Shown here piece by piece: positions 51,931-64,000 of a stretch of DNA of 64,000 nt; the stretch's first letter is position 1, and every line of letters starts with the position of its first letter. The DNA comes from Atractiella rhizophila (Eukaryota). The translations under genes and the position numbers were made by a program. Location: NCBI GenBank assembly GCA_021432655.1, contig MU271233.1, forward strand, positions 64,030 to 128,029. The letters are read 5' to 3'. A model generated the notes under the pieces. That model searched no databases. It was given only the letters and a program-made list of their open reading frames with translations, and was not told where the DNA came from.

Positions 51931-52934
51931 GCTTTGAGGCGCAGCGGCTGTCATCATACAATCGTTCGATCCTTCGTCCTCATGGACGACATGCTTCCGC
52001 ACCAAATTTCCCCCTCCAGTACCACAACCACAACATTTCCGCACCGTCACCGATCGAAAACACGCCGCCTGATCCTACTTTCCGAGTGAAGCAATGGCAA
52101 GCGAATATACACGAGAGCAACATCCTCCCCGCCTTACCTTCCACCTCACAATCACACGAAGAATCGCAGACCTCCAGCTCGCAATCCAATCTCCAGAGTC
52201 TGAACATCGTAGCCTCCTCATCCAGCGTTACTTTAACACACTTCTCCCTTCCGCCTCGAATCGGCGAACCATCCCCTCTTCGTTCCAACATGTCAAATGG
52301 AGAGAACGCTTCTCTGAACCTTGTTGACTCCCCTTCCTCTCAACCTTCCACTCAAGACCATCATCCTGCCTCTAAACGCGATCTCCAACTCCATCCTATT
52401 GCCCCAGATCATTCCGCTCATCCTCGACGGGATCAGTCTCCCCTTCGATCGTTTGTTTCCAGTGCCTCCACCTCAGAGGTATCACCTTCACCAATCCGAA
52501 GTCCAGATCCCTTTTCTAATCTGGACGCAACTCACGGTCGTCCAACAGCTTCTTCACAGATTGATCTATTACCTCCGCTTCCTCCAAAGAACTCAGCACG
52601 ACTGACATTATCTTCACCACTACGAGATAATGCTGAGCGGCTTGTGATAACGAGGACGAAGGAAGAGACAATCATGGTTAGCAAGAGCCCGAATTTCATC
52701 AGTCGTAACACTCCACATTCAAATCAGACCTTTCATTCAAACGGTAAAAGGGATGCAAGACGCTCTGCCCCGGTCCCTCGTCCTATTTTTGTGAGTTTTC
52801 GACAATCTTCAGATTTCACAAATACCACTACTTCGTCGATGGAAGCGCGAGCGGAGGATGTGGAGGTGAAGAAGCACGGAATTGCTGCTTCCTTGGGCAG
52901 AAAGATAAAACTGTTTAGAGGGAGAAATAAATGA
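51931..52934 (+). CDS. Last exon of a hypothetical Ser/Pro-rich protein; upstream exons probably within ~50230-51880
   Basis: Open frame from acceptor ttccag (~51930) to TGA 52934, ending LGRKIKLFRGRNK. No family recognised. Confidence 0.45.
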
Positions 52935-53295
52935 TAATATGGCACCCTTCGCTGCTTCTTGTCATATTCAGTGACAACAGTTGGTAACCGATCCAACATC
53001 TGCTACAGTGTTCCAATTTACGTCTCCCTGAAAGGAATACGAGAACTAACGATGATGGGCAAACTCATGTCTGACGCTGAAGTTCCATTGAAGTCATCCG
53101 TAAAGCTCGGTTACTTCCACGCAACGGCGGCAGCTTCCTTCCGTTTCACCCACTGGGAACTCTGAGTTCCATCTGCCATCTCAGCTTCTTTACGATCAGA
53201 CAGCTGAGAGCGATCTTTTCACATCGGTAGGGAGGCCAGGAAGGATTGATATTCTGGAATACATTGTTTGGGCACAAATAACGATACAGTGCTTT

Positions 53296-55199
53296 TCATT
53301 TGAGCGTCCAGGTCTCCTCATGTTTCTCAATAGAGACGCTCCTCTTCTCATCCAAGCTCTTCCTTCCAGCTTCAAGGATGGCAGTCGTGAGAACAGTGTT
53401 TCTGCCAAAAATGGTCCAAGTCAGCACTTTTTTTCCTAGCAGAAACAGACGTACCGGATAGTGGGGAGTCCAATCCTGTCTAGATCTGCAGGAGTCGTTT
53501 TGCCGGAGTTCACCGCGATGCAACCGTCAATGAATTTCTCAATACTCTAGTACACAAGTAGTTCAAAGGAATGTCGTGGAGAAGTTGAGCCAAGAGAGAC
53601 GTACGACGTATCCATATCCCCTCTGTCCGTCGAACTCTCCTGCTTCATTTGGTGGGTATTTCATGTAGAATGGATTGATCCTGTCATGAAATACTTAAGT
53701 GCCCGGGCATGTTCTAAACCAAGCGACATACCAAGATATTCCTGAATTATCCAGCTGGTAATGATTCTCAGTCAACAGCTTTGAACTTGAAACAAAGCTC
53801 ATACGCCGACGGAATATCCCCTCTTCGCTTGATCTACGTGAATTTCGCCCTTTGCTCCCATGTAATGGAATCCTACACGGCATTGTCAGCATTACTGTTG
53901 CAGTCAACCAAAGCTGACTGACTTTGATCGGAATGTACTCCAACACCGACCTGTGTTTTACTTAGAACATTTCACCCCTTAGGAAGAAATAACGAACAGG
54001 AGCAGTCCAAGACCTGAGAAAAGTTAGTTTCAGTTTCTCACTGGATGTACAACTGCTTACGCAGTGTAGATAGCCGTCCCGAAATGCTTCTCTGATTTCG
54101 TAGATTTCCACTCGACGAGGAGGGATATTGTGTCCTAGCAAGCAGATATCAGGCACTGACTGCTTCTAGCTAGAGTCAGGCATACTTCGGTCCCCGCGAC
54201 ACATCCACAATCTGTCTCTGCAGTTCCCCGGCTCGCGCTGGCAGTCACTTTGACGGGCACAGCACGGTCTCCTACACTCCAGACGTGGATATCAATATGG
54301 TGGGAATTCAGGTAGTAGGAAATGTCGGAGTCCTGCCCAGCTGTTACAAGGTTAGCAACGCTAACCCAAGATATAACAACCTACCCCAAGCTTTGAAGGT
54401 TTCGAGTTGTGTTTTGGGTTGGCTCATGTACGAATTGAAGTAGTTAAATTCGCCTAATATTGACCTTCAGTCACGATGTCTACCGTGATTGGAAGCAACA
54501 GACCTAATAGAGCAGCCTTGGCTTTCGCATCGCCATATACTGGGTCAAACCTATAGCAAATTAGGTTACCTAGGTGAAATTCATGGTAAATATCGTACCT
54601 CTTGTGATGTTCAACCATGACGAAAACTCCATGCTTCTCAGCTGCGGCAATGAGCTCTTGGTGATGCGACAGAAGTTGAGTTGCCGGTTTCGTGACGAGG
54701 ACGTGTATCCCTCTTTCGATTGCGTAGAGAGCAATGGGAAAATGTGTTGAATCAGGAGTGAAGATGGTCTATGAGATTGTTCAAAGCTTTTCGGGACCAT
54801 CAGGAAGAAAGGCTCACGATCGCAGATCCTTTGGGTAATTGATCGATTGCCTTCTTATATGCCTCTGCATCCTTCTCTTGATCTCCAGGAAAAGACTCAA
54901 AGGAGCAATCCATTCCCTTATATGCGTCCTCGATGTTCTTCTTAAAGTGCTCTCGAACGGATGGAAACTTCGATCCACTTGTTCCCACAATGCTCAACTT
55001 CCCGACTTTCCCTCGTCGTCTTAAATCGAACAAAGTCAGTCCGACCACTCCGATCTTCTTGTCTGATGGACTGGCACCACTTCCTACGAATCCAGTTGTG
55101 TACCTGGCTGCTGTCAACTTGCCATGATTGATTGAAAGATCAGAAAGCGTACTCCCCACTGCCAATCATAGATACTGCTAACAAATCGTTGGATGCCAT
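53296..55199 (-). CDS. Gfo/Idh/MocA NAD(P)-dependent oxidoreductase, similar to fungal D-galacturonate reductase (GaaA-type)
   Basis: MIGSG-EYTTGFV...[103 protein letters not shown]. Confidence 0.85.
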
Positions 55200-56161
55200 C
55201 GTGGAACCTTTTCTAGCGATCTCGCTTTGGAATGAGATGTGGTTTGTGTGAGCTCTAGGTGTCAGAGCAGAAGTGCTTTTATGGAGGTTGTGGTGGAAGG
55301 GGCGGCCCGCTAGCCGCTGCTCACGCGCTCACGGCTCACTTTCCGGACCCCAGACAAGGAACGGAAGAGAGCAAATCAGGGTCTGAAGGAGAGGGAAATA
55401 AATCAGACGATGTGGATGAACGGAGGAACCACAATGTTTGGGGTGAAAGAACATAAATGACATATAGATACGATATGATAATATACAGAATCGAGTATCA
55501 CACGGCGCTCCCGCTCATCCTCAAACAAAAATCAGGGGATGAGAGAGAGGGAGAAGGGGAATCCAGAAACTAATGGGAGAATTCTACAGAGATATAAGCA
55601 CTGTCAAAGAGATTTTTCAACTCAGCGTCGTCCAATGAAGCAACATTCCTGACACAGAACAGAACAAGGCTTGATTTAACTCGCACCGAAACCATCCAAC
55701 GAAGCAACCAAAAAACCACCACTTGTAGGAAACTGCTCAACCGACTGATTGTGAAGAAAGTTAAAGAGGAATCGAATGTGTGTGCCGGGAGTGTACGATG
55801 TTTTGGAGAGAAGCAAGAACAAATGCGTTTGACTGCTGTTAGAAGCGGAGAAGAACTGGGAGAAACGGAGAGAAATCCTTGGAGAGAGAATCGCGGATAA
55901 GTAGAGAACCTGAGATATATATTTGGGGAGAGACGAAGAAATCATGCTGCAGGAAGCGAGATCCCAATTCGTCCAAAAGGGGAACAGAACGACGTATGGA
56001 AGAGACTTGTATGTAAACTTTTCGAGACAAAAATGAAGACCCGGATGATATTCGACCTTGGTGATGGAGCTCGGGTACTGTGATTCTCGATGAGCAGCGC
56101 TCGTCGACGTTGACAATTGAAACCGTTCGATGCAAGTTGATCTTGATCGATTATTGATCTG

Positions 56162-57424
56162 TTATGACCTTCCTTGAAGTGCGGTGGGAGAGATTCTGCA
56201 TTTCTTGTGTCGTCTAGCGGAAGACTTCAGCAAATCTTCAGAGATGATAATGGAGCTTACTCGAAAGTATCTTTGCGGAAGAATTCCTGACCACACAGGT
56301 TGCAAACCGCGACCGGATTGCCCTCATGTACGCGGTTGTGCCTCTTTCGGTCCGTTTCCTTCATACCAACCGTTCAGTCAATAGTAAAGTAAAGAGGAGA
56401 GACAACGTACCCTTCCGAACGTGACTGTGCAAACTTCGCCATTCTCGTCAACGTAGCCACAGGTAATGGACGAAGCTCTCGATCTCTCAGTATTCCTGTT
56501 AGTCTTCCTGATTCTCCTCTTCGGCTCTCCAGAATGAGTCGCTTGTGCATCGCTCAACCTTCTCCTCCCTAAAACCTGCGCTGGAGCCATCAGCGTCGAC
56601 GTAGAGCTGGATTCAGCAGCACTAGTTGTAAGCGCACGAGAACGAGCTCCGCGTGGAGTAGGGAGCGGGTCGTAAGTCGGGCCATAGGTGGAAGTGACAG
56701 GAGCTTGAAAGGTGAATGGTGTCGTCATGGAAGGGGCAGAAGACGAAGTGCGCGGCGGTGAAGACGTCGTCGGAGACATCATCAGGGGTTGGAATTGATG
56801 GGGGCGTTCTGGAGGCGGAGGTGACTTAAAATGATGCGGATGGTGAGGGTCTGAGTTATGGAGATGAACAGCTTCGAAGGGATCGATCCAATGCTGCTTC
56901 AAAGTGCCCTTCACTGTGCTCGACGAATTGGAAAGAGGGTAAGATGATCCCTGTGTCTCTTGTAAGTTTGGGTGAAGATAAGGGACCTGATCCCTTACCG
57001 AATCGCTCGAAGTCTTGTGCCTCAATCCCAAACCGCTGAAACCATTCTCTAGAGAACTGTACTCGCTGTGGAGTGTTTCTGTGCTCGCACTTGTGAAGAT
57101 GGACGGAGTTGGTGAAATGGAAGATGGGCTGTTGAGGCAATACATGGATGGATCCGTCGAGGCAAGTCTGGGTAGACCAGCAGGTAGAGGAGGGAGTGGA
57201 GATGGGGGCAACGGAGGCAAAGAAGAGGCGAAGGGGGGAAGTGTAGGTTGGCCTGTCAATGGCAGTCAACACAAGGACAAGGAAATCTGAATTGGTGACG
57301 TACTCTCTTGAACCCACCCTCTTCCGAAACCTCCTTCAAGGGACCAAGATGTCTCCTCCTTCTTCCATCGCTGTTCCTGAGGGTAGACGTGACCGTCTAA
57401 ACGATGTTGCTCCCAGCTGGCCAT
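56162..57424 (-). CDS. Zinc-finger transcription factor with Pro/Ser-rich N-terminus (C2H2 plus C2HC-type finger)
   Basis: Spliced C-terminus CGYVDENGEVCTVTFGR-ETDRKRHNRVHEGNPVAVCNLCGQEFFRKDTFE-RHKKC; exon 1 from ATG 57424 splices in phase. Confidence 0.78.
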
Positions 57425-59701
57425 ACTCTTTCTACTTCGATTCGAACTTCCAGGTGGCTAACGGCGACGACTTGACTCGATACTTCCCCTATGACTAGCC
57501 TATGGGTGACCGAGGTTGATGGAAGATGAAATGGAGGATGAGAAAGGGATGAGGGGGTTTTGAGGGCTAAGGAAGGAGGAGAAGAGTGGTGTGATGAATC
57601 AGGAACCGTCCAATTCGCGATTGCTCCAAGTTGCTGCCGCGCTCATGAAATGGAGCCCAAATCTGAAGGGACGGTGGCGTACTTACTGCACCGAAACGAT
57701 TCACACGAACAAAAAAGGAGACCAGGGTCGGCAGACGAAGAGCGCGAGATCGACTGAAGGGACAGGTATTTATACAAACGGAGTCGGAATTCGAGCAAGG
57801 GCGGCGGCGTGCGTGGGAAAAGGCAACGGTTTTCAAGACCATTCTAATAAATGCTCAAAGAAGAAAGTTGAGTTTCAACAACCTTTTCCAACGCATGAAT
57901 CTCAGATTGCGTTCCACATCCCCGGATAATGTCTCCGCCTTCTGGTTGCTTTGATAGCCACTTTCGAAGGCCTTGTAGCCTGCAGTTTCACAAGATGATT
58001 CTACCGATGTGCTCTTGGCCAGATAGGCAATCACGATGAGGGAAGGAGAGGCCAAACAAGATCGAAGGAATCTCGACAGCCATCTCAACCAGCAGAACGC
58101 CCATCTACGCCCAAGGCAGGACCGAAGTTGAAGCTGAATGTCGGCTCCGATGAGGTTAAGACCGTGAGATTGGGTTAAAATGGCTAATTGCCTTTTTGTC
58201 TTTCAACTCGAAAAAGCTTCTATGGCGTTTTCAACGACAACGGCTTTCGTTCTTGAGAGATGTCACAGAAGGAAAGGACCATGACAGGTGTGGATGGCGA
58301 AGGGGATCAAGAAGAAAAGAGCCACAGAAGCAAGAGGCGTCGGAAGCCCGACGTTAGGAATGTTACAATCGGCATATCGGCCTGAATTAAATCCCAAACA
58401 GAGGGAGAGGATAAGAGGGTGACGCCCAAAAGACGGGATATTTGGAACAATCCCAGTTTTTTGGTCGAGCGCCGATGGACTTGCACGCATACCCTTGTGT
58501 GCGACCGTGTACATGCATTTGTTTTCTCTCTTCCTTCTTGATGCGCAATGGTTCTGCCCACGGCGCTCTAAAAGTGGTAGAATTGTTAATAACTCCACTA
58601 AAGGTGCAGCACCGATACTGGAAGCCTGGAAGCCTGAAGTCATAAAAGATCATTCGCCAATTATTGGCGAATCGGCGGCCTTCTTCGTTTGGGACAGAGT
58701 GTAAACAAAATATCCTTCCTGCACTCAACTTCAAGACTCAACTCAACCTTGTCCACCAAGCTTTTGCTCAAGGTCACGGCGCTGAGTTGGGGAGATCATG
58801 ACTTAACAGCAAGATTGGCATCATGATAACCGGCGTTGTCCAATGAAAGGGATTGTGGGCATATCCTTAAAAATAAGGGGGCGGTAAAGGACAATCAGGT
58901 CACGATAGCTCCTTTGCTCGCTAGAAGAGGAGAACGAGACACAGGAGAACCTCACTCGTACTTCCCTGACCTCTTGATCGCACCTCTCTGGAAATGGACT
59001 GCCTAGGCTGCGCGGTTGCCGCCCAAATGGTCCTGCTTTCTGTGGGAATGACAGGCCGGGATGACGCGAGAATGAACATTGCTTTCGTCCACACAACACC
59101 ATCTGCTACGGCGGCAAGTCATGTCCTCCACTGCCTCCCATGAGACAAGAAAGGGTGGGGGTTCAACGATTCACATGTCGGGCCTGCTCTCAACTAACTT
59201 TGATGGCGTTCATTCAAGAAAGCTCAAAGGTTGCCAAAGGGGCTGGGAAGAAAGAAAGGCGAGAGGGACAGATGGCCGAGGTGTTCTTATTTCCTGTATC
59301 GTTTATCGTTTATGCATGTGGACCGATGATAAACGCCCAGAAGGAAAGCAAGAAAAGAAAGAAGCTTTGCTGCAAATTACCGAAGCTGAAGAAGAGGAAG
59401 CCGGAGGGACATGTTTGGAAGAGCACGAGTTGTACCTTTGAGCGCAACATCATGTGCAAACAGCTCATCGTTCCAACTCCGTCAGCTCTCATCTATCTAA
59501 TCCCTGATTACGTCGGAAGGGTATAGAAAGCAATTAAACGTGTTCCCGCTCTTCATGTCGGTCCAGTCTTCCATGGTTGAACACCATTGTAAAGCAATCA
59601 TATTGAGGAAGGGTTTCTTTATACGCTGCTCACAACAATCACGAGCGTAAATAAGAGAAGACAGCGTAAATAAGAGAAGACCACACACAAGCAGAAAGTC
59701 G

Positions 59702-59794
59702 NNNNNNNNNNNNNNNNNNNNNNNNNNNNNNNNNNNNNNNNNNNNNNNNNNNNNNNNNNNNNNNNNNNNNNNNNNNNNNNNNNNNNNNNNNNNN
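59702..59794. other. Assembly gap (N run)
   Basis: Run of n characters. Confidence 1.
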
Positions 59795-62700
59795 TTCTCA
59801 TCCAACTCATTTTGATTGTCGTCAAATAATGCCAAAAATGAACTTATAACACCTCGCGAGTAATGAATCTCCCTCTCCCCGCGTTAGCCAGGATCACGAC
59901 ATGGTTGCCGTTGAATGTCGAAGCAGGTTGCATGAGGATTAGAGCCTCAAACCGGCTTGAAGTCACAAAGATTGAAAACCGATTGTCATATCAGATTCTT
60001 CCCTAACAAAGTCACGACATTGCTGCCGATGGAGGCCGTGTGTAGGTTGCAGAAGGATGAAAGATCAACCCTATTCAGTCTGAAAGATGAAAAGGCATAA
60101 GGCGTTGATAGCGCTGGCAGACCGCAATGATGTGTATCCTCCTTCGTGCCTCTACCGTTGTTCTGTTCGAAGCAAATGGCAAAAAGCTTCATGATAGCGA
60201 ACCTTTTTGACCCACATCTAAATGCTTTGAGCAACAACAAGGGGCGAGGCAGAGGATGAACTGTAAAGTGTAGGGACAAGAAGAGTGCGGCGTCACCTGG
60301 GTCACCGTGACAGCAAGAGATGTTGAATTGAGCTTCCTCCCCATATGGTAGCGTGCTCATTCGTGCACAAAACGCAGAGTCAAAAACTCCAGCCATAATA
60401 CATATGAATGCCCACACATGTGCAACCATAGACTTTCCACATTTTCTTCTGCCAACGGCCGACTCCCCACCATTTCCTAGCTAAAGAATAGACTACCAGC
60501 TCACCTTTCAAGGACCTGCACCTGATTCTCCTAGCTTAGCATATTAAGACGGAGGGACGGGAGTGTGAGACGAAACGACCTAGGAGCTGCGTTGGAGGCT
60601 AGAAAGCAAGAGAGGGCCGGGGCGAGGCGGAGCAACAAAGAGAGAAAATAACTGACGTCACGCGTCTGCGCTTCCTCGCGACTCCCTGCGCGCCCCTGCT
60701 TTGTTGCAAACAGAAATGGAATGTGGAATCTGGAGAATCAAGGATTGGTCCTTCTACGCTGCTGCACTGCTACATACTCACTCACGCAGCGCCGGTAACC
60801 ATCGGCCGTGAAACTAAAACTTGGGAGCTTATAAGGGAAGGAGGTAGCTTCATTCTGGTTTTTCTGTCAGTTGGTACACTGGTTCACCGCGTATGAGCTG
60901 CATAGCGAGATGAAGAAAGCTGATTGCGTTGAAGGAGGATATAGAAGACAATTTCGGAAAAACGGCGGCTGAGATTCCCTCAGTCTAGACCGGCATGTGA
61001 TGACGAGACAAAACAGCCAGCGTTTCTCAAAAGGCAACCAGAGGAGTTGCCTCACCCGCCGTGTTCTAACTCGACTGAGGAGGGAAAGGCATATTAACGG
61101 CTCCTTGTCACTGCGTTAGTTTTTTTTAGCAAGATCGATTAATCTGAAAGAACGTACTGGCGATCAATCCACTCATGACAGTCAACATCATGTCTTTCGG
61201 GAAGAGGAGCCGTTCTCCACCTACTTCCACTATGTAGCACTTGTCCTTGTCATCCTGGCAAAAGGCATCGGACAGGATAACTGGAAGGATAGTGCAGGAA
61301 ACTCACGATAATTCTCCAATGGAAAGTGTTGGGGGACGTTTCCATATTGTGCGTATGATTAGAGCAGTGGATAGAGTCAAGATGTGAGATTTCAGAGCCT
61401 TGGATATAGCTAGTGGACATAATCGTCCTTTATATCTAGCCCATGTACGCTGACGGCTTGCAATATGCCGGCCTCCCCAAAGGCTGGGCTGCGTCAGCCG
61501 TCACCTCAGGCGCCGAAGGGTTTTCATGTCAAGTTGTTGTTGAAAGATCAGCTCGAGATGTGATTTCAGGCTTCTACGAAAAGATTCGACCGGGTTCTGA
61601 GGTCAATGTAATTGTACAGAAAACGTATAATTATACATGAGGAAGCTGCGATTATTCATCGTACTGTCCATGAGTTCAGCCTGCGGGCACGTCTAGCGTC
61701 TGGTTAGCTGCGAGTGAATGAATGTGAATCACCCACAACTTCCAGGCCGTCGTTGAATATCAGTTTAATCACCCATTGCTCGTCCGTTAGACCGATTGCT
61801 CCTTTGTGACGTGTTCTCTCCAAAAACTGCGGCTGTGGGGCCCAACGAACGCTGGACGAGGAGAAGGTCGAGATTGAACGACGAGGTCGACACTTGGCGA
61901 AACAGATTACATTCGCAGGCACCCAGAGACCTCCCATTGGTCATCGTACAAGAACGGGAACAGTCCAACTCGGGATGCAGCATGGTTCGCTTACCGAGTT
62001 TTCCATTCAGGTGTTGACTCTTGAAGCCGTATTTTTATTAATAATACGTAGCAGGTTCCAGGTAAGGACATAAGCATGAGAAAATAGCTTGTCTTGCTTG
62101 AGACTTCGAGTCAAAGCACGAACATCGTCCCACTAGGTGAATGCAGCAGAGGAGGGTAAGGGAAGCGGGAGTTTGTAGCTTCAATGTCTTTCCTGGGAGT
62201 TATCGCCTCACGTGACCTTCATATGGTTATATGAATGCATTTCAACATTCAAGCGCAGACTAGAGGGAGGAACATCACTTGGCTAAGTTGTCTACCAATA
62301 ATGCTACACTCCAACGGGACGGCCATTTAAACGCCTTAACCCATGGTTCAACGTGTGTCCGATAAACTGAAAGGACGTACGGGCCAGCATTATAGCAAGG
62401 ACATTCAAAACCATTTCCTCAGGGAAAAAGTGTCGCTCACCATTTACTTCAATGATGTATCCGCCTTCAGTTTTTTCCTACAAAGAGGCATCAACCGAAG
62501 AATGAACGCGAAAGAAGAAAAGCGAGAGATCTACAGCCAATCGCCAGTAGGGAGCATTCAAAGATGATTCCATGCTGGTAGTCGCAATGCAATCGATAAG
62601 ATGACAGGAGGGTTTCAGACTGTTGGAGTTGGGCGTGAGTGGCACTTGATGGGGGTGGCGCAGATCTGGAGGGGAGTGGCAGGCTTTTTCTACTCCCATG

Positions 62701-63607
62701 TTTGTCTCTGCGCCTCCATCCCTCGAGTAACCAAACCTCCAAGCGGTTATTTATAACAACTGTGTTTGAATCGCACGACGTGGATGTTGACATCCAATCC
62801 CTTATTCATGCGGCCCTCCGCTATACCCAATCCGAGACAATTACCAAACGCCCTCCAATCTCAAACCAGGACAAAAAGTGACGAATGAAGTTACTCGATT
62901 AGGAACGAGGAGGACGAGAGGTGAGCAGGTGTCCAACCCGTCAAAGTCTGCCGGTTGATATATTGGCCGGAATGCGTTGCCCACCCCATTTGGGTGTCAA
63001 CCCTCCGTTTTTTCGCTCACCACAGTGTTTGTTCCTGCATCCACGACGTCCCACGAACTACTGGCTCACAAATAATGTGAAACCATCCCATGAGATGTTT
63101 GTAAGAGGACAGCAACCACACGAAGTGTCTCTCGCATCTTGGAGCACCCCTGCAATTGGGTCTACTCACAAACTCATCGATCATGGGGATAATGAAAGAT
63201 CAAACCGACATCATGAAGGGCCGGGCGTCCCGTGTCGTCCCCCATCCGTCTTCCTCTCTCTATGAGCAGACTAGCCAACCCACCAAAACCCATTCTTCGC
63301 CAAAGAAGAATGCAACTCAGCGTTCTCGCAGATCTTCCTGCCTAACTTATGCTTCATCCTCCTACCCCAGCATAGAAATACGGAGAACTTGAAAGGACGC
63401 AGAAGGTAGAAGGGAGGAAGTTGGTGGATTCAAGGGGATTAGAAGAATTCTATGATGTCGACTGTCTACGCGTGGCGACTTCCTGCGCCAGCCCATGTCA
63501 TACACCGCGCCGCATTCTGGAGAGTTGCACGCGTCCAATTTAAAACCGAACTCCACTTGCTCCCATCCCATATCCTCTCCTTCCCACTTCCCAGGGTCAA
63601 AGCCAAC

Positions 63608-64000
63608 ATGAAATCGAGCAAACGACCCCGCTCCCCTTCTCCACCTCCTCAACCTTCCTCGTCGGCGGCAGTTCTCCCACCAACTCATACGAGGAGCAGT
63701 GCTGCCGACGTGAGCTTTGATTCGCTTTCGCCTTACCGCCTCTCCCAGCTGCCTGACAGCGAATTCTACTATCTATCGTCCCTTCTTTCTCTCCCTTCCC
63801 CTCTTTCGATAACGTCGAACAAGACTGCCGTAGTCGCAGAAGACGAACGGACAAAACTAGAAAGATGGTACAAAGACCTCATGGACTCGTGTCCCTGTAC
63901 TTATCTTCCTCCTTCCCTCATTTAAATTGTAAACCATCGCTGAGACTATCTTCCTTGGAATTGAAAGGGTACCACCCCACGCTGAAGCTGTACGGCAAAC
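63608..64000 (+). CDS. Probable 5' part of a gene running off the window (hypothetical)
   Basis: ATG in good context (aacATGa), MKSSKRPRSPSPPP...ERTKLERWYKDLMDS, then a candidate intron. No family recognised. Confidence 0.35.

Overview
Intron-rich eukaryotic (fungal, most consistent with a basidiomycete) genomic DNA with many ~45-70 nt GT-AG introns, so most raw ORFs are exon fragments or shadows. Reconstructed genes in order: Pil1/Lsp1-like eisosome protein (-), SPT5 (+) followed by a ~790-bp tandem duplication of its 3' end, a secreted proteinase K-like S8 protease (+), a DHHC palmitoyltransferase (+), a Gcn4/Cpc1-like bZIP (-), RSE1/SF3B3 (-), a second Gcn4/Cpc1-like bZIP (-), a myosin light chain (+), an AVT1-like amino-acid transporter (+), a C2H2 factor (-), an Mpv17/SYM1-like protein (-), PRP17/CDC40 (+), a secreted Kex2-processed repeat protein (+), URB2/NPA2 (-), two hypothetical genes, a Gfo/Idh/MocA oxidoreductase (-), a second C2H2 factor (-), a scaffold gap and a gene-poor end. 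The most striking element is the five-exon precursor at 39495-40623: a signal peptide followed by 17 Trp-terminated peptide units (mostly ...Q[H/K]SW) separated by KR or KER, the last ending exactly at W-stop. It looks like a secreted peptide signalling or effector system of unknown function. Next most notable is the leader of the first bZIP: an AUG-free, stop-free 116-codon in-frame extension below a uORF. All calls come from motif recognition and manual splicing; no database search was run.
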